Made by a program: the position numbers and the translations under genes. Below the pieces are notes generated by a model. That model did not search any database, was not told the DNA's origin, and worked only from the letters and a program-made list of their open reading frames with translations. A stretch of DNA of 63,807 nucleotides, the filler included, from Parasitella parasitica NRRL 2501 (Eukaryota > Fungi > Mucoromycota): assembly GCA_025201805.1 (NCBI GenBank). It is 7 parts of 7 records of this genome, joined end to end, with 100 filler letters (N's around TTAATTAATTAA, not from the genome) between each part and the next. Parts side by side here need not be neighbours in the genome. Positions count along the whole stretch, not along the records: positions 1 to 13,654 come from MU619421.1; positions 13,755 to 38,836 come from MU619381.1; 5 more parts are not named here. One strand, written 5' to 3'. Positions within the stretch are counted from its first letter, which is position 1. Every line of letters starts with the position of its first letter. This document shows, one piece after another, positions 13,076 to 29,213 of the stretch.

Positions 13076-13654
13076 ATGGTAGAATCACAACAGCAACAGC
13101 AACAATCTTCTAGCGATTCCAACAACAGGAGGCCCATGTTATGGACCCATGTTGTCAAATCTCGAAAAAAAGGCAAAAATCAAAAGGAACAGATTGTTTC
13201 TTTCAACCCAACCTTGATAACGAGACCAGTAACTGAGGCAGAGTCGACTCAGAATGCACTCAACGGCGCTACACCTCCGGCTCCCATGGCCGTTATACGT
13301 CCGTTCATTAAAGGAATGGAGCAGGATTCTATATTAATTGACCTTACGACTATCAAAGATAGATCGCTCTTGAACAAAGAACTTCTCAAGTTCAACGAGG
13401 AAGCTGAAAAACATGGACTTACTGAAGAATTTTTGGGTTATCGACGCCAAACCCGTAAATATCTTGGACATGAATTCCTCGAAACGATGTGGACTCCTTC
13501 TTCTCCTAGCCGCCAGACTATCATTGACTCTGGTATCACTCTTGAAGATGGCACCTTTGTTAAAGGTTTCCCATCCTACAACGCGGACGCCACCATTGTT
13601 CGCTTGAAGTTGGAAAACCTTCCTTTTCTTCCAGCAATGGAACGAAAAGACGAA
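13076..13654 (+). mobile_element. Non-LTR (LINE) retrotransposon ORF1-like fragment, truncated by a gap
   Basis: Intronless ORF with 'SILIDLT...SGITLEDGTFVKGFPSY...IVRLKLENLPFLP', resembling Mucorales L1-like ORF1 from recall. Confidence 0.6.
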
Positions 13655-13754
13655 NNNNNNNNNNNNNNNNNNNNNNNNNNNNNNNNNNNNNNNNNNNNTT
13701 AATTAATTAANNNNNNNNNNNNNNNNNNNNNNNNNNNNNNNNNNNNNNNNNNNN

Positions 13755-13961
13755 AACCTGTCTTTTAAATTGTTTAAATTCCTCCTTGAGTTCATATGCT
13801 GGCGTGCTATCAAGATATTGTGATATGTCCAATGGCAATTCTGAGCCATGTACCCTTTCTTCTCTTTGTTGTCGCTCTTCCAGTTGGAGGCGCTTAAATA
13901 ATTCAAATGCCTCGGTAGTAGTAAGGTATTTTGTTGTTTGATCATCATTGATATCACTCAT
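13755..13961 (-). mobile_element. Retroelement gag-like N-terminus, possibly DIRS-type, truncated by a gap
   Basis: 'MSDINDDQ...ELPLDISQYLDSTPAYELKEEFKQFKRQV', intronless and running into a contig end. Family assignment is from recall only. Confidence 0.4.
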
Positions 13962-15229
13962 AGTTTGTTCCACGATGCGCGGCTTTGAAAGATATAGGGA
14001 AGAAAGGGATTCAAATTTATTATTACTATATATATGAAAAATAAAGCGTGGCTCTGAGAGCATTTACCACATTGGAAGCCGAAGCGGAGGCAACTGAGAT
14101 TGTTATAGGTACGACAAACAATTATGCGATAATGCGATAATGCGATAATAGCAGTTGCAATTCTGTGGATATTTTACTTATTTTAATTTTTTAATTTAAT
14201 TATGAAAATTAATACAGGGATTGTCTTGTCTTTATTTTTTGATGTTTCTCCAAAATAGATTCCTCCCAGTCTTTGAAAACGACTATATCCACTTCAGGTT
14301 TATAAAACTTGTATTAATGATCTAAGTTTTGCTGCCGATCTAAAAATATACATCGACACATAAGATCCAAATGTTGTTGAGCGTAAAAGCTCGCCAACAA
14401 AATGTCAATACTCCATTCAACTTTTGTATTCGGCTACAGTATCTCCACCGACTTTTTGTAGTAGCTACAAAGCCAGCACTGCTTGAATCTATCCTGAATG
14501 CTTAGGAAAATTGCCAGAATGAACGGTTGCCCGGCAATTTTTGGCAATTTTTGGCAATTTTTGGCATACAAATTCAATGATACAATGACTAATTTGGCAT
14601 AAACGAGCAAAATGCGTTGGGGCTATTTATCGTTAAACGCGAAACAAGAGCTTTAACGATTCTTATTGATTGTATCGCCTTGTATCCCAATGGTGTCTTT
14701 GTGTGAGATTATTTTTCAAGTTGAAGGCTACAAGCTTCAAGACATGACAAAGACATAGCACAAAATGACTACAGCGCAGACAATAAAAGTTGAGACAACA
14801 GCATTCACAAAAATCACTTATATGGTAGCAGCAAGCATATAATTCAATGATAAGCAGAATTTTTTCTTTCACAAAACGTTTTTATACATTTTTGATACAC
14901 AAGCTCATTCCAAATACATACCTTTGAGTTATATCTCGTAGCGTGTGGTTCTAATCACCTATTCCTATATCTAGTAGATTCGATACAAAATAGTGGTCAG
15001 CGCATTAATATTCAGCGAGTTACAAGCTTGGACATGACGGATATCTCTATTAATTATAGATTAACTTGTCTGTACTCCTCAAATCATGGAATATATGAGC
15101 AAATTCATTTCTTTTGAACCTGTGCTTCCAAGCATGATATATATGAAAAGCCAGCCTCAAACAGTTTATATATTTAAAAGATAACTGCATCAAATATAAA
15201 TTACTTTTAATCATATGAACCTCATTTTT

Positions 15230-16140
15230 GCTGTTCATTTAAGTTGCCAAAACAATTTTTCCCTAAATGCTAGTATAAATCGAGTTTTTTTTGTCAATTT
15301 ATATACGGGCAGGATACCTGATTTGTACGTAAACAAAAATATCTACAACATATGCAAATACTTGAACTCAAATAAGACAAATACAATTGGCACCATGCAA
15401 AATAAATACTCGGAATATCGAAACAACTCGGTATTTATTTATAGTTTTAAATCATGTATCATCCACTGTGTATTTGATAAGGATAAGCTGATTCTCGGGC
15501 CTTCTCCATCAATGTATGTATGAAAGGACTGTCGTCACAAAACATGGCAACAGGCCTCTATTGACATTCTTATTATGTTTGATAATTATATAGTAGAGTT
15601 TCTATGTAAGTATGATTTTACAAGGATGCAGGGATGTGTGATTAGGCAAACAATACGATTTTGCTGCCTGCATCGACGAGATTTGACAGCTGAGTTAGCA
15701 CATGCTGCCATGGCAACGATCAAAAAATCAATTTACTTGCAGAATTTGATTAAAATTGTGTAATGAACATCATCAGATCAATAGTAAACCGGCAAATATG
15801 AATATGACAATAGTCATCATATCGACAGCCTCGGTAATAAAAAAGGGCCTATTCAGGACATTTGCGGTTGAATGTAGCGAGTACACATCATCCCCATCAT
15901 TAAATGCAGAGAACGTGGAAAACAGGAGCCAAAGTTTAATACAACTATAGCTCTTTGACCAATAAAACCGGCATTCGAGATAGACATAATACGACAAAAG
16001 AGGGCATGGTTTATATATGCAATTACCGTGGAAATTAAAAAAAAGAAAAAGTAAGGTCTGCAGAGTACATACATCACATCTTTTCCAATACGACAACTTT
16101 GTCTAGTATCAGGAGTCGGCATGAGGATGGCAACATTCTC
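15230..16140 (-). pseudogene. Degenerate membrane-protein (MFS transporter-like) remnant
   Basis: Hydrophobic stretches broken by stops ('PFFITEAVDMMTIVIFIFAGLLLI*', 'GTIVFVLFEF..IFLFTYKSGILP'). Weak similarity only. Confidence 0.25.
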
Positions 16141-16907
16141 CTCCTACTCTGTTCAAATGCCGGTCTTCGGTATGACACTTTTTCCAGAAACTATATAAAC
16201 AGCTCAAGTTACCATTTGACAAAAAGCATATACTTTAAATTTGAAAATGACTACAAAATCTCTCTTCTTTGTGGTACTTGCAGCATTGATGTCTTCAGCT
16301 TTAACGGTGATGGCATCCCCTACGCCAGAAGAACGTATTAAAGAAATTGGATGTGTAATCTATCCTGCTACAACAAGAACTCCCTTTTGTACGCCTCAAT
16401 AAATCAAACTGGACTCATTCATAATCATATTTCGTAATTTGGGAGAAATTTCACATCTGTAATAGACAAGCACCTTTTTTTTTTCTCTTTTTTTTTTATA
16501 CAACCACTACAACATTACCTTCATTGTATATCCATTTTAAATAAAGTATAATGCTTACTTTTGTTTTTATTCAATAAGCTGTTTATTTATCTTCTATTTA
16601 TACTATTTCTACTATATCGTATAAGCGGGGTCTTGCCCTTGCAGCGTTCTAAAAAGGCAACATCTTACGTACCGTATTCTCTCAAATAGGCAATACTTCC
16701 AGCCTTGTCTTTCAGTCACGGCATGCTTGTGCTGTAATGCTCTAAATCTTGGCCAGTCAAGTTTCATCTGCATCGCTTATTTAACAAGATTTTCAACTTG
16801 TCTCATACCTTTCTCCACTCTCTTCTCTCTTTCTTTCCTTGTATTGACAGAAACCAAAAACCAAAAACCAAAAATAAAAAAATAAAAAAATCGAGAATAA
16901 AAATAAA

Positions 16908-18695
16908 ATGGATCAAATTGATTTAAACCGATGGCTTACTGGGGATGATGACATTATGGATACATTGGTTGGATTAGCTTCTATTCCTGAAGAACATTCT
17001 AATCATCCACATAGTCAGCCAACAAACCCAGGTGCTGATATCTTGGAGTATCTACTACAGACCGGCAACAACATTGATAACAGCTTGAATCCGACATTTC
17101 AGTCAATAAATGCACAACAAACACAGCCTCATATTTTCCCTCCCAGCACATCTACAGTGCCTGCATCGTCTACAAATCAAGTGGCAGAACCGCAATCTGA
17201 TAACCCTCCTACTCCTATCGTCGTCACGGACACAGTGTTCAGAGATTCAGTTTCTGTACTACAAGAAAAGGACAATTTTGTTACATTTCTACCACGTTCA
17301 GTTCCTGCAGCAGCCAAAAAACAAGCAGCCGTGAAGAAAGCTAAATTTAAAGAGCCCATCTTTGTGACAGAATCTCCTCAAAGCTACGAAAAGAAAAAGA
17401 AGGCGGGTGCTGGAAACACATCTCACCATAGCAGCGCTGAAGACAATTCAGATGATGACATGTTGGAAGAGGAAATGAATCCACTGAATAACCGCAATGG
17501 CAGCTCGAAGAAGATGACCTCAAAAGAACGAAGACAGTTGAGAAACAAAATATCTGCTCGTAACTTTAGAGTTAGAAGAAAGGGTGAGTTTTTCCATGTT
17601 TGTATTTAGATATGCAGTAAGACTAAGCACAAGTATCTTTTAGAATATATTACTCAGTTGGAAGAAAGAGTTGCAGAGCACGAAAAAACTATTAACGATC
17701 TCAAACAAGAAAATGAAAAGTTACGCCGAGCGAACCAAGACATTATGCAGCAGCTGCTTGTTCAACCCATTACACCACCTTCATCTTCGAGCGACGAGTC
17801 GTCGTCTGGCTCCGAGGGACACAACTCACCTAGCACTCTACCTCCAGCATATCAGTTTCAATTGAATGACTTGTACGACTTCAACTTGTTTGACCAACAG
17901 GCACAGCAAGCTAATCAACAGATGAACGAGTCCTCCAATCTGTTCTATCTAAATCATGCCACAATGCCTGACTGGGACATGACTCAAGTTTTGGGCGAAA
18001 AGGGTAAATCCATCTCAGCAGAAGACTACCAAAGAGAATTATCAAAAGAGTTAATTAATGATTATCCCTTGTTGGCTCCTGCTCTCATGTCAATTGTTCT
18101 TCGCCACACTCTATCACTGGAATACGTTACTGCCCTCGCCAAAGAGTTTTCTGAAAAAGTGGGTGCGGACATGGCTGACCAAGATCATCTCACATCGAAA
18201 CGCGGAGAGGAAGACCAAGAAACCCTGCGTGGCGTTGATATTGATGATCTGAAAGCTAGCTTTAATTCTCTTCAAATTGAAGATGCCGAAGAACCTGAAG
18301 CTAGCAGCGAGAAAGAAACCCTATCAGAACTTGAACTGACTCAAAAGATGCTTACAAAGCACTTTCGCTTCTACGTCTTGTACCGTGCTCGTGGTTTAAG
18401 TCATAAAGAAATCATGGAGAAATGCAGACCATGTCTTACGGGCGAATCAAAATGTGGGTCTGGCAAGAAGGACAAATCCAAGGAAAAATGCTCTACCAAC
18501 AATAGCATGCACACACTGCAAGCATATTGCCGAGTAGCTGGCAACCTATTGAAGCACCCTCATCGCATGTCCCGTGTGAGCGAAGTGCTTAAGAAAGAAA
18601 TCGAATTTACGCAAAACAAGCACACTAGCCAGGTTCAGTCGCATTACAAGAATCTATTTGGCCCTGTCCAGAACAAGCCTCGTATTGCGAATTAA
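16908..18695 (+). CDS. bZIP transcription factor
   Basis: 'MTSKERRQLRNKISARNFRVRRK|EYITQLEERVAEHEKTINDLKQENEKL', with an intron at ~17584-17643. Confidence 0.92.
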
Positions 18696-18853
18696 GGCGC
18701 TATCTCCCTCCACTTGACCTTTTTTTTGTTTTCTGTAAATATATATCATTGTAAGAAGCCCTTTTACATTTTAACATTTCATTCTCTTTGTTCAATTCGT
18801 TTCCATTTAATATTTATATATAAATGTATGTATGTGCCAATAAATTCAGTCTT

Positions 18854-19886
18854 TTACAATTCAACTACTTGCTCTGAACCAGGATAGGCTGGTACATCAA
18901 AGTTAAACTGCCTTGCTAGTGCTGGAGGTACAAAACGGCCACCTAAGAAATGTCGCTTGCCTTTGAAATGAGATAAGCACCGCTTAGGGGCAGTCAAAGA
19001 AACTAGAACATCGGGTTGGAATTTAACATGTTCAGTTGGCCCGGTTTCAACATCCCAGCCAGAAGGAATATCGACAGACACGATTGGCTTGGTAGTCTGT
19101 TCAAAGATGCCAATGATCTCCTTGTAGGGATCGCGTACCTCACCATGGAAACTAAAGCCAAATAATGCGTCCAAAACGAGATGGGATTGATCTACAATGT
19201 TGCCAGATTTTTGATCAAGCTCCTTGTAGACGGGAATATCCAGATTGCGGCATTGGAGCAAAATGCGCTATTCAAAGCACGTGTTGGGAGCAATGATGCA
19301 ACAAAAGATCATGATGTTGCTTACCTGATAAAGATCCTTTTCAGGCTGCTTTGGGTAATAGAGGCTAGGTTTGAAGCCAAAGTGAAATAGATGTCTTGCT
19401 ACACACATGGTATAACATACATTGAAATGAGCTTGGTGTCCAAATACTACATATTCGCTTACAACTTACCAGCTACTAATCCATCGCCACCGTTGTTTCC
19501 TGCACAAAACAAAATACTATTAAATGTGGCCACATTGACATTTATGCAATCAATCACAGGTCCATACCTGGGCCAACACAGACGAGAACATTTGGCTGTT
19601 TTGAGCTATCAAACGCCTTTTCGACTGCTTGAGCAACGCTAAGGCCGGCTTATCAAGCGTTAAAAATTTTCATGTGTGAATAACAAAAAAAAAAAAAATA
19701 TGAAACCATCGTTTTCTTGTACGTTACCCAATTCCATGAGTTGATCGATGGAAAATCCTCCAGAACTTGACATTAGCTCAACATCGATAGCTTGAGCTAC
19801 TTTTTGAGAAACGCACTAGAAAAACAATACTGTTTGACATTCCTACAACCTCCTAATGGTTCTTACAGACGTACCTTGTAAACCAT
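18854..19886 (-). CDS. NNR1: NAD(P)H-hydrate epimerase (YjeF_N/AIBP)
   Basis: 'GFSIDQLMEL', 'GNNGGDGLV', 'LDALFGFSF', 'IVSVDIPSGWDVE', 'LVSLTAPK..HFLGGRFVP'. Confidence 0.93.
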
Positions 19887-20038
19887 ATTTCTTGAACTAG
19901 AAAAAGATGGAAGTAAATGTATTTCTTTTTTTTTTTTTTTTTTTTTTGAAACCAAGCTATCAAAACATTTATTATAAAATAGCATGAATTAATGAAAATA
20001 TCCCGGCATTGCATGCTTTTTCGTTGAAATCATTGAAA

Positions 20039-22161
20039 ATGTCTGTAGAAAGCACCAAAGATAAAATCTACCCTGTGCCAGAGAGGCTGTTGTCAGGACC
20101 CAAGAAACCGTTTATCGACTCATTCGAACAGTACAAATCGCAGTGGCAAACAAGCGTCGATAATCCATCCGACTTCTTTTCAAAAGCTGCCCGAGAATAT
20201 CTGCATTGGGACACTGATTTTCAGACAACGTGTACGGGCAATTTTGAAAATGGAAACGTAGCCTGGTTTCTTGAGGGCGAGCTGAATGCTGCCTACAATT
20301 GTGTTGATAGACATGCGTTCGCAACTCCAGACAAAGTAGCCATCATCCATGAAGGTGACGACCCTCGAGATGTCCGGAAGATCACGTATAAAGAGCTGCT
20401 ACAAGAAGTCTGCAGAATGGCACATGTTTTGCACAACTTGGATGTGCGAAAAGGTGACAATGTAGCAATTTATATGCCAATGATTCCAGAGACTGTAATC
20501 GCCATGTTGGCCTGTGCTCGCTTAGGTGCCGTTCATTCGGTTGTGTTTGCTGGCTTCTCGGCCGAATCTTTGCATGAAAGAATTCAAGATTGCAGTGCTC
20601 GTGTGGTCATTACCTCAGATGAAGGTCGTCGCGGAGGAAAAGCGGTTGCTACGAAACGGATTGTGGACGAAGCTTTGCAGCTACCTAATCTGGTAGATCG
20701 AGTTATTGTGGCAAAACACACAGGGGCCAACGTATCAATGGTCCCAAACCGTGACATTTGGTGGCACGAAGAGATGGCAAATGCTCGCCCTTATCATCCT
20801 GTCACGGTTGTCAATTCTGAAGACCCTTTGTTCTTGCTGTATACTTCTGGGTCTACTGGTACTCCCAAGGGCGTACTGCATACCACTGGCGGGTTCCTGC
20901 TTGGTGCTGCAATGACAGTAAAGAACATTTTTGATGTACACGATGATGATGTCTATGCTTGCATGGCAGATTTAGGTTGGGTAAGCCACTAGTTGTTTGG
21001 ATAGATAATGGCATGTATGTATGCATGTGCTTACATTTTGCTTCGATATACAATAGATAACGGGCCACACGTACATTCTTTACGGCCCTCTATGTTTGGG
21101 TGCAACCACGCTTCTGTTCGAGTCAACACCTACCTATCCAACTGCCTCGAGATTTTGGGAGACTGTTGATAAGCACAAGATAACCCAATTTTACACTGCT
21201 CCTACTGCTATCCGTGCTCTTAGGCGTTTGGGTGATGAATATGTCGATAAATGTGATCTTTCTTCGCTGCGTGTCATTGGATCTGTGGGCGAGCCCATCA
21301 ATCCTGAGGCTTGGGAGTGGTATTACGAAAGAGTTGGACACTCTCAGTGCGCTGTAGTCGATACTTACTGGCAAACGGAGACCGGCTCCATTGTAGTGAG
21401 CCCATTACCGGGTGCTACACCCACAAAACCTGGGTCTGCCACACTCCCATTCTTTGGCATAAAACCTGCCATCCTAGACCCTGCTACTGGTGAAGAGCTG
21501 AAGGGAAACGACGTAACAGGCGTGCTGGCCATCAAGCAGCCCTGGCCTTCTATGGCTCGCACTATATACAACAACCATTATCGCTTCATGGAGACGTATC
21601 TCAAGCCGTATCCCGGCTTTTACTTTACTGGCGATGGCGCTACTCGTGACAATGATGGCTATATCTGGATCCGTGGAAGAGTAGATGGTAAGGGTTTATG
21701 GTTTATTATATCTATCGAAAAAGTGCTGAACATTTTAACTAGACGTTATTAATGTATCTGGCCATCGTCTATCCACATCTGAAATCGAGTCTGCGTTGAT
21801 CCTCGACTCTTCAGTGGCAGAAGCTGCAGTTATTGGTGGTCATGATGACTTGACAGGCCAATGTATTCATGCTTTCTGCACTTTGAAACCCGATATTGTG
21901 GGCAACACCGAGAAATTAGTCGAGGAACTTATTCTGCAAGTGAGGAAATCAATTGGCCCCTTTGCCAAGCCAAAGCAAGTCTATGTTGTTAGCGATTTAC
22001 CCAAGACTCGATCAGGCAAGATTCTTCGACGTGTTTTAAGAAAGATTGTGAACAATGAGGCAGATGAGCTGGGCGATACATCCACAATGGCAGATCCTAG
22101 CATAATCCAGCAGCTAGTTGATAAAGTTAAGCAGCGCCATGCTGCTCTTCATCATCAGTAA
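20039..22161 (+). CDS. ACS: Acetyl-CoA synthetase
   Basis: '[12 protein letters not shown]', '[10 protein letters not shown]', 'DTYWQTETG', '[12 protein letters not shown]'; two introns. Confidence 0.97.
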
Positions 22162-22352
22162 CTCCTCCCTTAAAATCCCATTTCAATACATGTAGTTCAA
22201 AGTAATAAAATAAAAGGCCCTTAGTTCATAGTTTTACAATAACTGAACCGTCATCAATGCAACAATCTGTTCATATATTTGTGCATTTATTGTATATATC
22301 GAAGGTGTTTTTTATGTCGTTATTTCGTTAATTTGGATTGTCGAAAATAATT

Positions 22353-22660
22353 TTAATGAGCCTTCTTTCCAGAAGCCACTACACAATGCCATGGATTTAG
22401 TATTTTCAATAAACTCGATTATATCAAACAAAACAAACTTACAAGCAGGGTTTCTGGGATCGTTCTTGTATTCGTCGCCTATGGTAAAGAGCAAAAACGG
22501 TTAGTCATCAATGTCGATAATGTCCACATATTTTTCAAGTATTACTGTTAATCATAGCATCTTGAGCCTTAGCAACCAAGTAAAAGACGGCAATGCCACC
22601 AGCAATAAAAGGGGCAGCAGGACGAAGAACAGGAGTAGACCACTTGCGCATACCAAACAT
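22353..22660 (-). CDS. ATP18: Mitochondrial ATP synthase subunit i/j
   Basis: Three exons: MFGMRKWSTPVLRPAAPFIAGGIAVFYLVAKAQDAMINS|DEYKNDPRNPA|..ASGKKAH*. Contains the NDPRNP signature. Confidence 0.88.
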
Positions 22661-24724
22661 TTTGTTACAAGTTTATTCAAGAAAAGTGTGGAGAAATGAA
22701 AAGTAGATGCCTTTGCTATTTCTTTTTAAAACAAACAATTACGAGCCTTGTGGGGGGGGGGACTAGTTTTTGATGGTGGATCCCCTCGCACACATGAAAG
22801 AGCAGGGGCAGACAGACTGATGGTTCAACGGGTATTGAAAGTAATTCAATACGTCACAATGCTGGTTGTGTTGGTATTGCTTCATTCAGTACAAGAACAT
22901 CAAGGTATCGTAGAGTTTAGTGACAAAGGAGCAGCTATTCTAGCACGGATGTTAGGCAAAATATTAATCAATACAGTTGGGTGAACATTTTTGGCAATGG
23001 AAATGCACAGTGGCAAAGTTTCCCCATGAAATGTCTTGGTATTTGAGCTTTACTCTCGAAATACTGCAACTAGATTTTCGTTTGTGCTTGAAATCATCAA
23101 GAAATTTGATTTATTTCGTATAAAATACACCAGAGCCATATATTTTTAATGGCCATTGCAGAGGTCTATTCCTCGTGTATCTAAATTTGTCGTAATATAC
23201 TATCTACACCCGAATTCGCCCAGATGCCATGCTTAAATACGGACAGTGAGGTAAAAACGACATTGAGTCTTGCCCAGTGTATTCATGGGTTGTTTTTTTT
23301 TTCTTTCTCAAAACAATTATCAATTGCTGCAACCTGATTTCAATTTACGCGCTTATTCACCAAGAAAGGGTTGGCATGATTCAGCACCAAGACATCCGAT
23401 TCTGATTATCTTTGTCTCAGCATGTAGCCCATGAGTTGGACTATCGCTGATAGCTTCAAGATGTTGATTCGCATTAAAATCTGTCAAGAAACTCGAAATC
23501 GATTCTTTACATCCAAGCTCAGTGCTGTGCATTTTATTGTGTATACGAATATGGCTATATCTCATTCCAAAGGGATTCTCGTACAACGATATTTATATCA
23601 CTTATATTCTTCAAATCATGCTCTTTTTATATCTTTTTAAAATACGAATTATAATTTCTACCGTGTCGAGATGAAAGCCTTCTTACCACTATATACATTT
23701 GTGGAAATCAAGCCTATTTTAGCCTATCAGTAATAAAATATAAAATGGAGTAACATATAGCGATGGCAAACTGCTAAATAAAACCATGAAAGCCGCGAAA
23801 TATGCAATTTATATACAATAAACATAGGCATAAAATTGCGCTGCCGCTAAAAAGCTTCAAGGAGATATGCAGGCACATTCAAATGTGTCAACAGATGGGA
23901 AATAGGAGTTTTGCTAGCTTCTGTATGCTTATTGTAAGACTGTTTCATTAACGCCAGATAATACAGTAATCCAATATCTATATATGATAAATAGGCCGGG
24001 CTGAATTGCCAAGCAAACCAGTTTACAGCCTCCCAAATGCGGTTGTTGTATGTACCTGAAATATCCCGTTTCTTGGTGAGATTTGGGGTTTTAATGTGCA
24101 TGTCGTTCTTTTCTGCAGCTGCTACATTGCATTTCTTTTGATTCAAGCCATGGGGCAATCTGTATAGCATAGTGTGCGAGATGACTTTTATTGATTAGGT
24201 TGTGTAATGAATATTTCTGTTCAGTTATTTAGGCCCAAATCATGAACGCAGTGTTAGGTGAGTTCATCGGCTTTCTGAGCTTTTTAGGTTTTTTTTTTTN
24301 NNNNNNNNNNNNNNNNNNNNNNNNNNNNNNNNNNNNNNNNNNNNNNNNNNNNNNNNNNNNNNNNNNNNNNNNNNNNNNNNNNNNNNNNNNNNNNNNNNNN
24401 NNNNNNNNNNNNNNNNNNNNNNNNNNNNNNNNNNNNNNNNNNNNNNNNNNNNNNNNNNNNNNNNNNNNNNNNNNNNNNNNNNNNNNNNNNNNNNNNNNNN
24501 NNNNNNNNNNNNNNNNNNNNNNNNNNNNNNNNNNNNNNNNNNNNNNNNNNNNNNNNNNNNNNNNNNNNNNNNNNNNNNNNNNNNNNNNNNNNNNNNNNNN
24601 NNNNNNNNNNNNNNNNNNNNNNNNNNNNNNNNNNNNNNNNNNNNNNNNNNNNNNNNNNNNNNNNNNNNNNNNNNNNNNNNNNNNNNNNNNNNNNAAAAAA
24701 AAAAAAAAGGAGTGTTTTTGATAA

Positions 24725-26214
24725 CTATTGGCATAAACCGCATGATAATTTCTTCCAAAATCTAGACTTTTTCGGGCGATAGTGTTGTTGTTGTTGTTGT
24801 TGCTGCTGCTGTTGCTGCTGCTGCTGCTTTTGCTGTTGCTGCTGTTGCTGTGAGGACTCCTGTTGGATTGGACGTTGAGACTGATCTTTGGTATGATCGA
24901 CGATCTTCTTATTAGTGGTGTGCTGACGGGTGCTGCGTTTTGACAGCGTCTGCCATCCCCGTCCATTGTTGAGCAGCATCCAATCGTACACACCGTCGTC
25001 CTGTTCGCTCACTTTCTCGATGGCTTTGCTGAACAGCCCGCGCAAGAAATCGTAATCAGGGGTTTCCTCGAAGCCTAATTTACGGACATACTGAAGGTAT
25101 ATACCAAATTCCTCTGGTAACTTGTTGGAAAATGCCGTTTTAGATCTACATGTAACATTGCTGCTTACCTGGGTATCCATCACAGAGATCTTTAATGGCA
25201 GTCGTTTGCTTTTTCTCGCCAATTTTCTCGTATTTTTGTTTATTGGTAGCAGCCTTCAAGCCCTGCCAAGGCAAAGAGCCTCTCAAAAAGTACATGAAAA
25301 CATGGCCCAGAGATTCCAGATCATCACGACGAGATTGTTCTAAGAGAGAATGAAATAGAATAAATTATCCGACTGCTGCTGTTACTTGTACCACTAGGGG
25401 ATAGGAACATTATATAGTACCTCTTCCTAAATGAGTGTTGATGCTCATGTAACGGGCAGTGCCAGATAAGCTCTTTCTTTCACGGTAGGGGATGTGCTGC
25501 TTGGTCTTGGCGTCTCTGTACAGCTTGGCCATACCAAAATCGACCATGAATATCTGATTTTCTGTGTCTGTCCCAGGCTTTCCAATCAAAAAATTATCTG
25601 GTTTGATGTCTCTGTAGATGAGATTTTTCTCATGGATTGATTCGACTCTTGTCAGCTAGCAGCAGGGAGATGCGGATGAATACAACAATAAACTCTGGTC
25701 AGTGTGTTTAAAACTTATTACCATTTCTATAGCGAGCATAGCGGTGGTTTTGACGCTGAAACGTCTGCCGCAGGTATCAAACATGTCTTCAAGACTGGGA
25801 CCTAATAAATCAATGACCAAAATGTTGTGAAGTCCTTCCTGGCCGAAATAGTAGGCTGTTGGTATACCCTCTATAATAGTTTGAGTACATCTCTCCCTGC
25901 TTATCTCTGGAAATCTTACTGCATCCTGCCAGCGTTTTGTATGCTCGATATTCGTCTCTCAATTGCGGTGCATCGCTCTTTCTAGGCTCAAACTTGATAG
26001 CGACTGGCTGGTTATTAAGCAAATTGATACCTGTAGAGAGAGAGAGAGAGAAAGAGCGCTGTCAGAGGGGACAAGGCACATTTGACTGTATGACACTACC
26101 TTCATAGATGATTCCAAAGCTTCCTTCGCCAATTTTCTTTCCCACTTTGTAATGTACACCGACTACATTATGTGAATTGCCTGGACTAGCAGCTGCTGCA
26201 GATGAAGTAGGCAT
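24725..26214 (-). CDS. Casein kinase I (Yck1/2-Cki type)
   Basis: 'KKIGEGSFG', '[20 protein letters not shown]', 'YRDIKPDNF', '[14 protein letters not shown]', 'LPWQGLKA', polyQ, and a Cys-containing tail 'SCGLCQ'. Confidence 0.95.
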
Positions 26215-26234
26215 TTTGTTATTGTTTTCTCTCT

Positions 26235-26371
<137 letters not shown>

Positions 26372-26605
26372 CTTGTGGTTTTTGTTTATTAATTAATTAA
26401 GGAATTACCAAGTGTAAATGTATAAAAAGGTGAGGAAAAACAATGATTTTCTTTCGCTGTAGATATAGCGTTGAATGAGATTAATTATGTTGTAGTGGAA
26501 AACGGAATATATAATACTGAGAAGGAAGAGAAGAGAGAAAAAGGGAGGAAAAAGGGAAAAATAAATTGCAAGGTAAACTTTCCTAAAATAGGTGAGCCTC
26601 GGGGT

Positions 26606-28178
<1,573 letters not shown>

Positions 28179-29213
28179 TTAAACTACTGTCTACAAGAGA
28201 AAGAAAAGATTTTTGAACAGCAGCAAACAACCTCAAGTAAACAACGTAAAAAAATCAAAAGGCGCGATGTCACACCTACCCTTTGTTGATGCTTCTTCTG
28301 TCTAGTTGGCCTTGTTTCACGGATGAGCAGCTTGGTTGCTGCATAACCCATTTCATCCAAGCAAAAAAAAAAAAAAAATAGAAAGAAACAATGAGCACGG
28401 ATGTCTCGCATTTACACTTCCGACTAAACACTCACCAGGGCATACAGCCAAATTGGTATGCTTTTGTATAGCATCAAAGTTCAATTACATTGGTCAATTT
28501 ACACGGCATATCCATGTTGTTAGCCTTCCTTGTAGCAGAAAGTGACAAAATGCAGTTGATGTATTGTCTATGAGCAAGAGTGCATGCACCACCATCGCAA
28601 ATAGCCGCTGTAAATTTGGCCAAATGTTTAGGGACGACCACCGCAATCAAAGTGATTTTACGGATAATTTGGATCACTCGTTTCATCGTAGGCATGCCGA
28701 CATTAGAAAGCTGTTTTTGTAGTCAACTACTGTTTGCATATGGTATACTACAGGGAAAGTCACCATCATCATTCTCCAATCTTTGTGTATGTGCGCATCT
28801 TGGATATATACAGCCAAGTGAAATACAAACACATTTAGCTTGTGGCAGCTTATAAATAGTCTTCTTGACCTCAAGTACAATATTATAGATAATTTACTCG
28901 GGCTGTGTTACACACAATGTTTGTTGCCCACATCATTATTTACGTGCACAGTTACACGATTAAATCAGTTTAAATTAATGCAAATTGCAATTATTGGTGA
29001 AATACGCAGCGAGAATGTTGCAACAAGTGGCAGGTTTTTAGTTAACGAAACTGGTTTATTATCAAAATTACAGTCTGTACATTGCTGCCATTGTTTGAAA
29101 AATATCGAAAAAGAAACCTGTATATGCGATAAAGATCCTGGCGACGCAAATTTGTAATTTTCATTATGCTTATAGCTGATTAATTTTGCTTGTCTATCAA
29201 AAATGGATTTTTA

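Noticed and set aside
13655-13754. TTAATTAATTAA within N runs (also ~38881, 54974, 58051, 60203, 62605, and without Ns at ~26389)
   Set aside because: Artificial six-frame-stop contig linker, not biology. Adjacency across these gaps is uncertain.
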